A DNA stretch of 62,810 nt, filler included, from Collodictyon triciliatum (GCA_043381765.1; 14 parts of 14 records of this genome joined end to end with filler, not necessarily neighbours in it); one strand, 5' to 3'. Counted from the whole stretch's first letter, positions 23,566 through 37,878 are shown. Notes: generated by a model not told the origin, from the letters alone. Made by a program: numbers and translations.

Positions 23566-25849
23566 CNNNNNNNNNNNNNNNNNNNNNNNNNNNNNNNNNN
23601 NNNNNNNNNNNNNNNNNNNNNNNNNNNNNNNNNNNNNNNNNNNNNNNNNNNNNNNNNNNNNNNNNNNNNNNNNNNNNNNNNNNNNNNNNNNNNNNNNNNN
23701 NNNNNNNNNNNNNNNNNNNNNNNNNNNNNNNNNNNNNNNNNNNNNNNNNNNNNNNNNNNNNNNNNNNNNNNNNNNNNNNNNNNNNNNNNNNNNNNNNNNN
23801 NNNNNNNNNNNNNNNNNNNNNNNNNNNNNNNNNNNNNNNNNNNNNNNNNNNNNNNNNNNNNNNNNNNNNNNNNNNNNNNNNNNNNNNNNNNNNNNNNNNN
23901 NNNNNNNNNNNNNNNNNNNNNNNNNNNNNNNNNNNNNNNNNNNNNNNNNNNNNNNNNNNNNNNNNNNNNNNNNNNNNNNNNNNNNNNNNNNNNNNNNNNN
24001 NNNNNNNNNNNNNNNNNNNNNNNNNNNNNNNNNNNNNNNNNNNNNNNNNNNNNNNNNNNNNNNNNNNNNNNNNNNNNNNNNNNNNNNNNNNNNNNNNNNN
24101 NNNNNNNNNNNNNNNNNNNNNNNNNCTGCAAACGTTCAGATTCAGTAAATCTGACTCCAATCACAATCACAATCACAATCACAATCACGGATTCTCCCTT
24201 AGTCTCTACCATTCCTTCCCTTCTCTTCAATTTCTATTTATCTAGCCAAGTAGAAAGATAACTGAATATGAAGGAACGACGGCCAAAGACAAAGAATGGA
24301 CGTACCAATTTCTGAGAAACTAGTGTTCGTGGAAATATGTACTGCTACTCAAGTTGTTTGTTTTGATTTCTGTTTGGACTCTGAGGAAAAAGAAAGTCAA
24401 CAGGAAGAAAGGGCATTTGGTGATGTTCGGTGGCCGTTTCATGTATAGCAGTGCAAGAGCAGGAGAGATTAACGCATCCCTTTTGTTCCTCAGAGTTGGC
24501 GGGGCACTGTGCAAATAGTGGGAAATGCATGTGAGAAACCTTAGCGAGTCTGCACGCTAATCAGGGTGTCTTTCAGCAGTGGGGAATTCAAACAACACTG
24601 ACCAAAGACGCTGGATTACTTGGAGCAGCGGCGCACACAAGAACACCCGCCATCTCGATGCTTTTGCTCTCGAAAAAAAAACCCCACACACACGCACGCA
24701 GTCATCCTCTGCATCGGGCGGGTGAATCTCGAATGATGAATCCAACGCGCTGGGCATTTCGCTCTCTGTTGTGACATCTCCGAGTCTATTTGTGTACCCA
24801 ACCGACTCATCTCCCTGCTCCACGGGTCGCTTTTGGGTTTGTTTTGGCAGGCAAAGTGGCCGCATTGCGGTTGACGTGGCCGGGTAATCGAAAGCCACCT
24901 GCTGAGACGATTTCCGGGCGCAGAGACTCGAGATATGCGTGCAGGTTGAGCAGATGCGTTGGGCGGGAAGGCCAGGGAACGTCGGTAGATGGAGGCGACG
25001 AGATGCTCGGTGGCAGCGTCGAAGTGGTTGTCGGTGAGTCGGAAGAAAGTCCATATCTTTACAGGTGGCTTTTTTTTCTTTATTTCAATGGGCGTGAGGA
25101 AGCGAGAGGAGATGTGCTTTTGTATGATAATATAATTAGGGTGTTTTTCTCTTTTTTCTCTTTTTCTTCTTGTCATAAAAGGGTTGAATAGTAATAATCG
25201 AGAGCAGACAAATTAGCTTGTTAAATCACGCATACACACGCACGCTCGGTGAGTAGCATACATACCGAATGATAACCAAGAGGCTTGATTAGATGGCATT
25301 ATTTGCATGAATATGAATGCAGCTATTAGAAACCCTTGAGTTGGAGGTCAGTTACCAAACGATAGTAAAAGTCATCGACTACTTTGGCCAGCACCGGCAC
25401 GCCTCCAAGAGGCCTCCACCAAGGTGCCTGGATATGGCGTTGGAAGAGATTCCATTGCCTTCTCTTCCCAATTGAGTCCTTCGAATTAATCCATTCATAG
25501 AAAAGCAAATATTGATTAAAAGGAAAGACACGTTCTCTTCTGTACTTAACGGTGGTTTTTTTTTGTCGCTCTTTAAAATCATCTGGACGCTGCTTTTTGT
25601 CTTTCATGTCATTCTGATTACTGGGTGGCACGTATGGGTTTTTTGTGGATTATATGAAATAATTGGCATAGTCCTTCTCCATGTAGGTTATTCCATTCTA
25701 ACCACAACTAAATCACACTTGGTTCTGCATGTCGTCCTGCCTTCGACAAAATTAAAGCTCCGTCTCCTGGCAAACTATTACCTCGTAGACTCAACTATAG
25801 GAGAGAAACTTTTTTTTTTCTTTCTGGACAATAGCACGTGGGCAACTAC

Positions 25850-26200
25850 TGCCACAGCCGAAGAGTAAATACCACAAAAATCTTCCAATAAATAATTGAG
25901 ATAGTTTTTGGAGACGTGAGAATGCTTTCTAATAGACAGTTCAGGCCTTCTGTGTGCAGGAGGTGATTTTCATTCATATTTAATGAGTGCAAGGTCTGGT
26001 GTCGATAAAGAAAAACCGCAAGCCAACGAACAGCAAGCTTTCCTATGAAATTGCGACTAAGATTCAGCATTTCCAAAGACTTTGGTGTATGAGTAAGGCA
26101 AGACTACGGAAGCGAATATCTCTGGTATCAAACCCATTTCCTTGCAAATGTATTTGTGTAATAGACGACATCCACTTAGATTTTGGATTACGCAGAGGAT
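25850..26200 (-). pseudogene. Degenerate leucine-rich-repeat (RNI-like) coding fragment
   Basis: LEMLNLSRNFIG and LHSLNMNENHL LRR consensus; frameshifted upstream (NLSGCRL). Confidence 0.45.
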
Positions 26201-28947
26201 AGTCATAACTTGGACAGCGATGTTAAAGAAACAAGTTTTTGGCACCTCCAAGGGATGATGAAAGCCAAAGTTTGTGTTCAGCGCTCACTAATGACATTGG
26301 ATTTGGTTTTTGGATTTACCTTTTCAGCCTTGGTTGTGTGTATGAACTACTGGCCGCCCAACCAAAATGTGTATAGGTGCGGCAGGATAACAAGCCAGGA
26401 AGTACTCGAAAGAGGATATCAATTACGGGTTGTGATGATATGCCACGTTGGGATGAGCCGCCTGAATTCATATATCTTTGAAGTTGCAGGATAATCATGT
26501 AGAAATGTCATGAAGCCAGACTAACACAAATGGTGTACCTACTTTAAATCGAGTAAAGGAAAAAAAACACACACAAATGGTGTACCTTAAAGAGAAAATA
26601 ATCACCGCGAACATTGCCAACGCCACTGGCATTTTTCTTACTCCCGCAAGGTCAATAACTTGAGGAACTGCGGCAAACAAAAGGGGCGCCACTTGAAATC
26701 CATGCGCCCAGACTTTCATAAATGATATTCTTCTGGTAATTACATAAAAGCATATCAAAATAGTACCGAAATGTATGAACAGTGCGAGTTTTTTTTTTTT
26801 TTTTTGGTTGGATGCAACAAATGTGAATGTGACACAGAAAGCTTTTTTGGTCACCATCATCGAAAAAAGAGTTATTTGGACTGTCCTCATGTAATAAGCC
26901 GGTTTTTCATCCCTTTGTCCGCTCCAGTTTAGAATAAACTTCCATTCGGTTCACGATAAAAAAAAAAAAAAAGCAAAGTTAACTGAAAAAAATTTGCAAA
27001 CTTTCTAATGAAGTCGCAATTAATGCAGTATGAACTCCGCTCTTATAGGTTACATTTTGGTCTATCTGGTGTTAAAGTGTCTATAGTGTATATGGCATGT
27101 TGGTGCAGTGTTTGAATCACATCCACGCAAGATAACAGATAAGAGAGTCGAGATACTCGGCACAGAGTGAAATCGTGTCAAATTACCATAAATCTCGTCC
27201 ATATATATACAGCGTTGTTACAAAGAATTAAAGGTGAGTCTTTGTTGGTGTAAACGACAGAATCACCCCAACTGCGGCAAAGGCTACCAAAGGAAAGACA
27301 CTATCCACATAGGCGGTATGCAAAAAGCGGTGTGGAAAGCTGTATCTCCGAAGCGCTTGGGACACGGAGTTGTCTCTCATTGTCACAGCACCATTATCTA
27401 TTGGCGTCCCTATCAGCTGTGCCACTACAATTATAACTGAGGCTAGTTGCCAAAGAAATAAAATGTGCTGTGATATGGCCGCGCTTGGTTTTTCTATGCT
27501 TACAGTTCAATATCGCACGGAAAGTCCTTTTCGTGAAGAAACATCGATGACACTGCCTCCTTCGTGGTTAAGAATGTATCGCTGAAACGATTTACTTGTG
27601 CGTGGCCCGGTGCTCTTTGGGTGCAAGGTGTTGAATGAATAACTATAATGGAAACGAGAATGAGTGTCTCGATTTTTCGATTTTTTTGATTTTCTTTTGT
27701 TATTTTGTTATTTTGTTATTTTGTTATTTTGTTATTTTGTTATTTTGTTATTTTGTTATTTTGTTATTTTGTTATTTTGTTATTTTGTTATTTTGTTATT
27801 TTGTTATTTTGTTATTTTGTTATTTTGTTATTTTGTTATTTTGTTATTTTGTTATNNNNNNNNNNNNNNNNNNNNNNNNNNNNNNNNNNNNNNNNNNNNT
27901 TAATTAATTAANNNNNNNNNNNNNNNNNNNNNNNNNNNNNNNNNNNNNNNNNNNNAGAAGAAAACAGAAGAAAAGAGAAGAAAACAGAAGAAAACAGAAG
28001 AAAAGAGAAGAAAACAGAAGAAAACAGAAGAAAAGAGAAGAAAACAGAAGAAAAGAGAAGAAAACAGAAGAAAACAGAAGAAAAGAGAAGAAAAGAGAAG
28101 AAAACAAAAAAAGAGAAGAACAGAGAAGAAAAAAAAGAAAACAAAAGAGAAGAGAAGAAAAAATAAAAAAAAGAGAAGAGAAGAAAATAGAAGAAAAGAG
28201 AAGAAAACAGAATAAAACAGAAGAAAACAGAAGAAAACAGAAGAAAACAGAAAAAACAGAAGCAAACAAAAAGTAAAGAGAAAGTAAACGAAAAGAAATG
28301 TGGTGAGCAGGTGAATGTCAAAGAAAAAACCGAGACTAATCACACTGCGGAGCCAATAAACTTATACAAAACACAAAACAACAAAACACTTCGCCGAATA
28401 ATCAAACTGCAGACGCAACAGACAACAGTGCAATCAGTCAAGATACCGACAGCCTTCAAGTAAGTCGATGAATATAATATAATATAAGACAGAATAAAGG
28501 CTCACAAAGCGAGTGCATGTATCGTTACAGCCCACCATCATCGTGGGCGCAAGAAGAAAAAGAAAAGATTATGTCCATGAAGCTGACATTGCGACTTGAA
28601 ACCAAGCGAAGAATAATAATGTGAATGAATCAAATGAAAGCATACAGCCTCAGTGGCACAATGATAACCAACACATAATCATTCTTTTCGCCTGTGACAC
28701 ATACCCAAGGTCGATTATCAAACAAGCAGGAGACGTGTCACGTTTATCGGCAACTGCTGGAAAGGTTAGGTTGAGTTTATTTTATTATTCTTTTCATCCA
28801 GCCCCTGCAAACAAGCTAACATCGTCTGCACTCGTTCGGTTTGGCGGCCATCAAGATAACGCTCTTTTGTACTTGTTTTTGTGGAAAGAGTGGTATATGG
28901 AGTGGATGAATGGGTTGTTTAGATGGGGTGGGTAACAGACGAGCCAC

Positions 28948-31900
28948 TTATTGGGTCAGCATCTTCTGTGCATTCATCATTTGCTTTTCTGCATCTTTCG
29001 TCTCGGAATGGTCTGCACCATACACAGTCTTGAATATTGTGTTGGCTTTTTGGTACATGTCGACAGCCTCTTGGTATTTCTTCTGGCTCATGAGTAGGCT
29101 ACCAATATTCCCATATGACATCGCAACACTAGGGTGGATTTCTCCAAACACTTTCAGCTGAATTTCCAATGATTTGTGATAGTATTCCAGTGCCTTGTCA
29201 TTCCTATTAAATAATAAGTTAATGAAATGATAAGCATAAACATAATCAAATAAAATATACTTTCCGAGTTTCCTGTAAACAAGCCCAATGTTATTATATG
29301 AAGTGGCGACATCAGGGTGGATTTCTCCAAACACTTTCAGCTTAGTTTCAAGTGATTTGTGGTAGTACTCCAGAGCCTTTTCATTCCTATTAAATAATAA
29401 GTTACTGAAAGAATAAACATAAATATACAATAATAAAAGATACTTTCCGAGTTTCCTGTAAACTATCCCAATATTATTGTATGAAGCGGCAACATCAGGG
29501 TGTATCTCTCCGAACACATTCAGCTTAATCTCAAGTGATTTGTGATAGTATTCAAGGGCTTTATCATTCCTATTAAACAATAAATTAATGAAGGGATAAA
29601 CATATATAATCAAATAAAAGATACTTTCCAAGGTTACTGTAAACGTTCCCAATATTATTATATGAAGCGGCAACATCAGGGTGGATTTCTCCTAACACTT
29701 TCAGCTTAGTTTCAAGTGATTTGTGGTAGTACTCCAGAGCCTTTTCATTCCTATTAAATAATAAGTTAATGAAAGATAAACATATATAATCAAATAAAAG
29801 ATACTTTCCAAGGTTATTGTAAACGTTTCCAATATTATTGTATGAAGCGGCAACATTAGGGTGGTTCTCTCCAAACACTTTCAGCTGAATTTCCAATGAT
29901 TTGTGATAGTACTCGAGGGCTTTGTCATGTCTATTAAATAATAAGTTAATGAAGGATAAGCATTACCAGATAGTCAAATAAAAGATACTTTCTAAGGTTA
30001 TTATAAACCACTCCAATATTATTATATGACATCGCAACATCAGGGTGGACTTCTCCAAACACTTTTAGTCGGATTTCCAGTGACTTGTAATAGTACTCAA
30101 GGGCCTTGTCATGTCTATTAAATAATAAGTTAATGAAGGATAAACATATATAATCAAATAAAAGATACTTTCCAAGGTTACTGTAAACGTTCCCAATATT
30201 ATTATATGACATCGCAACATCAGGGTGGACTTCTCCAAACACTTTCAGTCGAATTTCCAATGATTTGTGGTAGTATTCCAGAGCTTTGTCATTCCTGTTA
30301 GATAATAAGTTAATGAAAGATAAATATAATACATAACTAAATAAATCATACTTTCCAAGTTGATAGTAAACATTTCCCAGAAAATTCATATTTTTGCTGT
30401 TCGAACCTAATACAAATGAACCAAAGTTAGCAACTGTCACAAAAATCCAAATCAAATGGCCAAACCCTCATCCGTCTCAATAGAAATGCGGTGCTCAAGA
30501 ATCGGAATCAAAAAGGCATTCTCTTGAATTTGCTGAAAATATTCAACTAGCGCAGAGCCAGCAGGATTCAGTTGCTGTTATACATATCATTAAAATAAAT
30601 TCATTATTGATATATGTAATTAAGTTTTATCACCTTGGCCAACTCACGATAGACAGCTTTGTGGTCATATCCGTTCTTATTCAGCACTCTCCAGCATTCA
30701 TAAAACTCGAAGCGATAGTTTCCATCCAGCATACTCACAACAACCTAAAGGGTACATTACAACACATGTCACGGTAATAAAAATAAAATGCAATTTAACC
30801 TTTTCACTCTTCATAAAGTCCACTAGTGTATCGTATTCGCTCGAAATCCTCAGATTGTGGCATATTTCGGCAACAACACTCTTGTCTTCAGTGTCAGAGC
30901 CGTATTCACCCAGCAGCCACAATCCGTATTCACGTGCTTCACTTGTTGTGTATGCTTCATCCTTAAAGTATCGCTCTTTGATGGATTGTGTCAGCAGCTG
31001 GTGAGAGAACGCGTATCTAAGATAAGATATCGTGATTAGCAATTACGACCTTTGAGACATATGAATACCTGTATCACCTCCCGTTCCTCACAAAGAGCGA
31101 ATCCAGCAAGACAAAAAGAAAAGATTTCCTAAAATAAAAATACAATTTATCAAAAGTGATACGTATAAATCATATGTCAGGAATCACTATACCAGGTTGC
31201 ATGGTCGATTTGCATGTGAATTTGGTGAAGTCGATGCTCCATGTATTTGTCCAGCTCGTTTTCATCAAGACCAACGCGCGACACATAAAGGACACTGATG
31301 GACAGACGGACAATATCCTTTCCTAAAATTTGTTATGTAAATTCAGTAAAATCATAATAAAAGTATCACTTAAGATGTATCACAAAACCGTATTTCTTTT
31401 CCCAGCGACTCATCACAAGGTCGAACAAATTGACAACTCCCTTTGTCTCCAGCATTTCACGAAGCTCGGTGTCTACTGTTTCGTACACCCCAAACACACG
31501 GAGCTCATCCAGCACAATGCGCAGGTAGAGTGGATGACCTGGTCTCGTATTCATCATTAAAATATTCGTACTAAAAATAAAATATAAAAATATTCGAATC
31601 ATTATTTACACTCACCAGTATCACCACGTTTACTCAATATCATCTCCATCTGTTTCTCGCTCAAGGTCTTGTTGTAGCGCTTGAAAAACGAGGTGGCTGC
31701 TTGTCTGATTCCAACATCATCAAGCTTTGATACAGGAATTACATCTAACCCTGCTGACTTGGCAACCTATTCAAAAGCGATTGGATTAATCCAAATGTAT
31801 TAAATCCTCGAAATAAACAACGAACATCGCATGATTCGTGGGTGTCGATGGTTGATGCGACGATGGAGACGTTATTTGGTGTCTTTTTGGGGAGCCATTC

Positions 31901-32627
31901 AAGGCGGTGGACGTGTTTGTTTTGCTCTGAATTGACCAACTGGTTGAATGCATCGATGACCAAGAAAATCTGCTTTTTTCTGTATTGATAAGTTTGTCAG
32001 ATAGTATATTTGATTAAAAAAATGAGATTATTGAAATCGACTCGTTTCTTGATGCAAGCTCGAGTATGTGGTCTAGTCCCTTCTTCAAATCTTCCTTCCC
32101 TGCAACAAGACACAAAACCAAAATGAATGCTCATTTATTTTATTGAATTAAAATTAAAAAAATATTTAAAAATTAATTATCATTTGACATATAAACCTTC
32201 TTCGGAGTCAAGTTTCAGCTCGATTGCTTCATTTTCAACAAGAATGCGAGCTATACGCTCCACCAAACTATTCAAATGGTGATTAATATATTATATAACA
32301 AATTAAAATATTTTACCTTACTATATTATTCGATTATTCGTACTTTTCAACATAGTTACTCAGGTTTGAGCATCCAACAAAGTGGTAGATGACTAATAGA
32401 TTCGACTTTTTGCCCGCGTTCAGGTCACGGACCAGTCCGCTCATAATCGTCGATTTGCCAATACCAGACTCTGCTCCAACAACGGTAATATCAGAACCGT
32501 CAGTATCGAGTTGTAGCATCGCTCTCTCCTTCAAAATGGCCAAGATGGTGTCTCTTCCTTCCAATCCAATCAGTCGATGTCGCATAAACTGCTCATGCGC
32601 CATGTCCTCAGGATTTTTATGCTGCAA
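28948..32627 (-). CDS. NPHP3/TTC41-like P-loop NTPase (STAND/NACHT-like) with C-terminal 42-aa TPR array, multi-exon, 5'-incomplete
   Basis: Walker A VVGAESGIGKSTIMS, VIYHFVGCS, Walker B LVIDAFNQL, LEWLP, GHPLYLRIVLDELRVFG. TPR consensus KALEYYHKSLEIxLKVFGExHPDVAxSYNNIGxVY. Confidence 0.88.
29078..30350 (-). repeat. Tandem ~180-bp exon+intron repeat (126-nt TPR exon + ~54-59-nt phase-2 intron), 7 units
   Basis: Example: exon 30294-30169, intron 30168-30115 (GTATC..AATAG). The introns are similar to each other as well as the exons. Confidence 0.9.
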
Positions 32628-32765
32628 GGTTTTGATATTATAATTGGAGAACCAAAAATACTTAANNNNNNNNNNNNNNNNNNNNNNNNNNNNNNNNNNN
32701 NNNNNNNNNTTAATTAATTAANNNNNNNNNNNNNNNNNNNNNNNNNNNNNNNNNNNNNNNNNNNN

Positions 32766-32867
32766 ACCCGGCCACCAAGTAGCGTCCATGCAAACGATGG
32801 CTAGCGAACCAAAGCCAACATCTTCACCATCCTGCACAAAATTGAAAGGAAGAATAAAAAAAAAAAA
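32766..32867 (+). mobile_element. LINE family B 3' end
   Basis: ..CACCATCCTGCACAAAATTGAAAGGAAGAAT(A)n, shared with 43560, 47333 and 55651. Confidence 0.85.
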
Positions 32868-33374
32868 TCTCCCACACATCCCCACCTACTTTGGAACTAC
32901 TTGCCTGATGGTTGAATGAAAGATTGTTGAGACGGGCTCAACAGCTAAGACTTTTAGAATAAATGTCGTATTATCACCTATATAATATAGAGGTGATAAT
33001 ACCACAATAAAAAAAAATTATTATAAATTCGTAGCCACACACTTTGATGACCCCATTCGGTATTTTCAATACTTCATAATCAGCCAATTATTTGGCAACT
33101 GCATTTGGAATTTTTATTTAATAACTAATGAGAGTTTCACAATTTCGAAAGTTGTGTGCAGATACAATATCTGTAAAATAAGAGAGTGACCTCTTTGCAA
33201 AATGCTTCCATCATACATGAGCCGAAGGGCACGTGTCTTACATCGTTGCAGGTGTCTACATTTACCCGTTACATCAATTATGCATTCATACATTAAGGAA
33301 CGTCATACAAAACTAGCTCAAAATCTAGGACGGTTCCAAGACTTTGTCACAAGAACCAGCTCCCTGCAAAGTTT

Positions 33375-33920
33375 ATGGTCATGGGTAAAAAGTATCCAAA
33401 GCGCATCCTCAAAGAGCGTCCGCCAGCCGCGAACAACGAACGACAAGTAAATCCCCGCAAAAGAATACACCTGCCAAGCAGACAAGCAACAACGGGGTCA
33501 AGGAAGCCAAGGCCAGGCAACAACAGAGCCCGCAAGGCTCAAATCAGATACTCGCACAGCGACAGCGACGATGACATGGAAGGAAATCTCGGTTCCTCTT
33601 CAGAATCTTTGCACTCGAGCCCTCCTCCGCCAACTCTGGACAAGCTCACACATCGCAAGACCCAAGAGCAGCACATCTCCAAACCCCGAAAGAAATTCCC
33701 CCTTAAACCACTCATTCAGTCTGACGTGAATATGGTTAACATAGGAAGTATTAAGGCAGTCTTCGTTACTTATCCAAAAGGATACTCCAAAGCAAAGGCA
33801 ACACAAGAACCAGCGCCCACCAAAGATAGTCCGTTTATCCTGCCCCAGCCCGTCGCACCGAGAACCAAGGAGCAAGAGCAAACAGCACAAGTCAAATCCA
33901 AGCTTGAAACTCCACACTAA
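33375..33920 (+). CDS. Basic/Pro-rich ORF of unknown function, possibly retroelement-derived
   Basis: 181-aa ORF with weak similarity to the decayed frame at 22620-23044 (DVNMVNIGSIKAVFV vs DANKVSSSKAIFV). Confidence 0.3.
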   Translation: MVMGKKYPKRILKERPPAANNERQVNPRKRIHLPSRQATTGSRKPRPGNNRARKAQIRYSHSDSDDDMEGNLGSSSESLHSSPPPPTLDKLTHRKTQEQHISKPRKKFPLKPLIQSDVNMVNIGSIKAVFVTYPKGYSKAKATQEPAPTKDSPFILPQPVAPRTKEQEQTAQVKSKLETPH

Positions 33921-36568
33921 AGACAGTCCGAGCAAGCAGGAGCGTATGTTTCTAAAACCACAAACGCGTATCCACACTCGGCTAAGCAAAGTCCACTGCC
34001 AGCTACACATGGTTTCCGAAACCAGGGGACGGTTAAGCGTCACTTCCGCTAATACCAGACAAACAACGATGTATCGCTTTCTGTCTGAGTCGCCCAGCAA
34101 GAAACGCAAGGAAAGTGACCCGTTGTCCCCTCAAAATACTCATCCTGTGGAATGAAATAGGATGTAAACCTTGTCTGAGATAGACGATTGAAAGGATTCG
34201 TTGGAATCAATTTTAGAAGTAACTACCATGTGCGTACTTTCATCGACCCGACAACTTTATCCGCTCTTCTGTCAGTCTCGAATAAATCAGAAATCGCGTT
34301 GAAGCTGATTCGCCTCGGGTAGAATAGTCTGCGTGTGAAAGAACACTTTCTCTCCTTTCTATCTTTTTCTTATTCATTTTCCTTTCTTTCACCCAAAACA
34401 CAAAATCTCCAACCATACAATTCAAGGGCTTTCTTCTGCCTTGTCTACAGCTCATTATTGCCCTAGAGGCGAAGTCGGTTTCCTCGGCTTTGTTTTCTCT
34501 CAATAAAGTGTTTAGACGAAATGAAATCGTAATGAAAAAACCGAAAAAAAATTATAAAGACATCATTTCTTATGTCCCAAAAGCATGACGGAGTCAATCT
34601 TGTCATACTAAGAAAAATCTTGTTTTCTTATTTTCATAAGTTCATAATGCCATTTTTCTTTTCTTTTTCACCTTAGTACATATTCAGAAATAACTAGGGT
34701 TCTAGTATCATACTAGAACCGACCTTGCTCACAACCGAGAAGAAATAGAAAATGTGCGCTTATGATATAAAAAAATAATCATAATCCCTGATTTTCTTGG
34801 GGAGCAAATATGGCCGTCTGTTGTAAAAATAAAAAGGTCACAGCGAGAATTCATTCTCATTTCTTTTGTCTTAATGGTGCATACATGCACGCTTTTAAGG
34901 GCTCGCTGACATAGGGTTCCGACCTCCAAACAGAATGGAAAACTATATTCATAAACAAAATTACTTTAAGATGAATTTTTCATTTTCTTAAACTACTTCG
35001 AAGCAGACGGCAATCAATCGATTAGATATTGTGTAAACATGAAATAGTTACATGGTCAAATTACTCTCTCTTTTTTTCATATCCCTTTATGTCTTAAAAA
35101 AAGTTAATGAACCTGTTATCATTTGAGAATCCAATGCACTGGGAAGAAGGTCGACCATTCTTTTGCGAACAGAACACTCAATCTTCCATGACTCACACAT
35201 ATTTTTGGAGGCAATAAAGAAGTCTACAGTACTCATCTCTGTCGATGGATGCACAGGTGAGGTAAGGATAGCCTGGATGGTTAAGAATTAGAGTAAGGTT
35301 CTAAGTTATTTTTTGAAAGAGAAGATTTTGATTGGTTAGATAAAGGTATAAAGTTGCGATTACATTTTTCCAGCTAAATGGTTATATAATGAAATGATAA
35401 TATGCTTCACCTCTATGTTATCAGCTATGCTTTGAAATGATACCGAGAGCACCTGGATATCTCCCTCCAAGTATTTGTATAGCAACGTCACTACAACACT
35501 TGTTAAAATTAATGTGATGGTTTCCTGTTGTTATGAGAGTAGTGACTAGCAGATATGTGTTAATTCAAAAAAAAAGCATAACAGAACTCCTTACTCTTTT
35601 CAAGGTGAAGCGACAAAACCTCGTGCAGTTGAGAAACTAAGGATAACAACAGGATCAACAATTGAAGTGATTTTGTACTTAAACGGCGGATTCATAAAAG
35701 AAAGGGGACTTTTTTTTTTAGATAATTAGATAATGACATGTGCAATATATGAATACACTTAAAAGGTTATATGAAGAAAATAAAAGAAAGAAAGAATAGA
35801 GGAAAATATCAAACGTCTCCCATAAATCTTGTGTGACTCGTCAGCACCAGGAATATCTTCACTTGGGAGATTTTCTATTGGGAATAAATCGCTTATTTCA
35901 TCAAATGATATTATTTACTATCTGATGATTAGGATGACGTAATCTACTATCGGATCAACCACCTAACAACTCGCGGTATTCAACCAGGCAGTCTCTCCCT
36001 GCTCCCAGAGATTCCTGCCAAAGCACTGTTCTATATGCGCGTTCAAACTTAACACAGGCGGAGGAAACAAAGAAGGCAAAAGAAACAATAAAAGAAACAT
36101 ACTTCAAAATACGAAAGAAAGGTCAAAGGAAAAGCATTCACACTTGAAGCAACAATAATTATAATAACAACAATAATAACAACAATAATAACAACAACAA
36201 TAATAACAACAACAATAATAACAACAACAATAATAACAACAACAATAATAATAACAACAATAATAATAACAACAATAATAATAACAACAATAATAATAAC
36301 AACAATAATAATAATAACAATAATAATAACAACAATAATAATAACAACAATAATAATAACAACAATAATAATAACAACAATAATAATAACAACAATAATA
36401 ATAACAACAATAATAATAACAACAATAATAATAATAACAATAATAATAATTATACAAAGAAAGAAATAGGCGGAATAACATTTAAGTTAACCATTAAGTA
36501 AACAATTATGTAATACAAAGGGGAGTTAGGCATGCACCCAATGAAAGCAAAAATAAAAAAAAACTCAC

Positions 36569-36792
36569 GATACCATGGAGTTCAAAAGGAAACCAAGCGC
36601 TGTGCTCCAGCCTATGTATGTGTCCATGTTCAGGAAGGACGCTGTGAATATCTGCGAGAGGGTAAGTTGGGCCTCGACAACATAGTCGCACAGCGCAAGG
36701 ACGATGCCCAGAGAAAAGTAGAATCCACTCTGAAGGGCGAGAATCTGAAAGACAATCAGCCATGGATCAAAGTGGCTCGCCCCGTAGAACAT
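36569..36792 (-). CDS. SYS1: SYS1 Golgi membrane protein, first exon only
   Basis: MFYGASHFDPWLIVFQILALQSGFY..LSQIF.., ending at a GTGAG donor. Confidence 0.8.
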
Positions 36793-37878
36793 GCCTCGAG
36801 CTTCGCTTGATCCTTCCAAGAGGTGTACTGGTGAGCAGAGTCCTGTCTTATGGCTGCCTAATGCTTCGTGGTTAATGATTTATCGTCATTTCTTGCTTAT
36901 ATGTTCTCTTTTTTCTTGTTTCTTAGATGGATGGAAAGTTGATTAAAAAGCGCAATCATTCCAAATAAGGAATGAAAGAACAGAGTACCGGGAATGTGCA
37001 TAGATATCGCCTTTTCTGGATTGCTACGGAAGGAACTCACGGATGACAACGATCGAGAAGAAAAGCAAAAACATAAAAAAGCATGATATGATATCAATAT
37101 ATACTTACAAAGTATAAATTGGTGCTCTTCGATCTCGGCTGGTTTAATTCAACCATCGATGGACTTCAGTGTGACATGAGCTTTATGGCGACAGTCAGCC
37201 TCGTGCAGGGTCGAGCTTGCATCGGGAAACGGAACCTCCCGATCGATCTTTTGTGGCTGACGCACCACGATCAAATAGTGCGATTGAGAACGAACTCTTC
37301 AAAGACGAAGACTGCTTTGTCCGCCTTTGGGGCAAGCGATAGCCTGCTCTTTCTTTCGCAAACCGTAGTAATATGTGCAAGCAACTGCGGGAGGTTATGG
37401 AAGCCCGAAAGTGCTACGAGAAGGACGTGACTCTAATGGTGGACAGCCCTGCCCTTGGACTCAGAATCTCCTTCNNNNNNNNNNNNNNNNNNNNNNNNNN
37501 NNNNNNNNNNNNNNNNNNTTAATTAATTAANNNNNNNNNNNNNNNNNNNNNNNNNNNNNNNNNNNNNNNNNNNNCTCTCTTTTTTCTCTCTTTTTTCTCT
37601 CTTTTTTCTCTCTTTTTTCTCTCTTTTTTCTCTCTTTTTTCTCTCTTTTTTCTCTCTTTTTTCTCTCTTTTTCCTCTCTTTTTTCTCTCTTTTTTCTCTC
37701 TTTTTCTCTCTTTTCTCTCTTTTTTTTCTCCTTTTCTCTTTTTTTTCCTTTAATACTTTATCTTTTTTCTTTTTTCTGTCTTTTCTTTTAATAGATTGAG
37801 CACCCCATTTTTTACAACTCATTCATAGGGGAAACTATTTTTATAATTATTGAAGCCCATAAATATTTACACCCTTAG

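Noticed and set aside
28948-29676. 242-aa ORF read as TPRs with hydrophobic inserts
   Set aside because: The inserts are stop-free GT-AG introns. One unit breaks the frame and splicing restores canonical 42-aa TPRs.
29078-30350. CRISPR-like or prokaryotic repeat array
   Set aside because: The units are coding TPR exons plus introns. There is no short repeat/unique spacer pattern and no cas genes.
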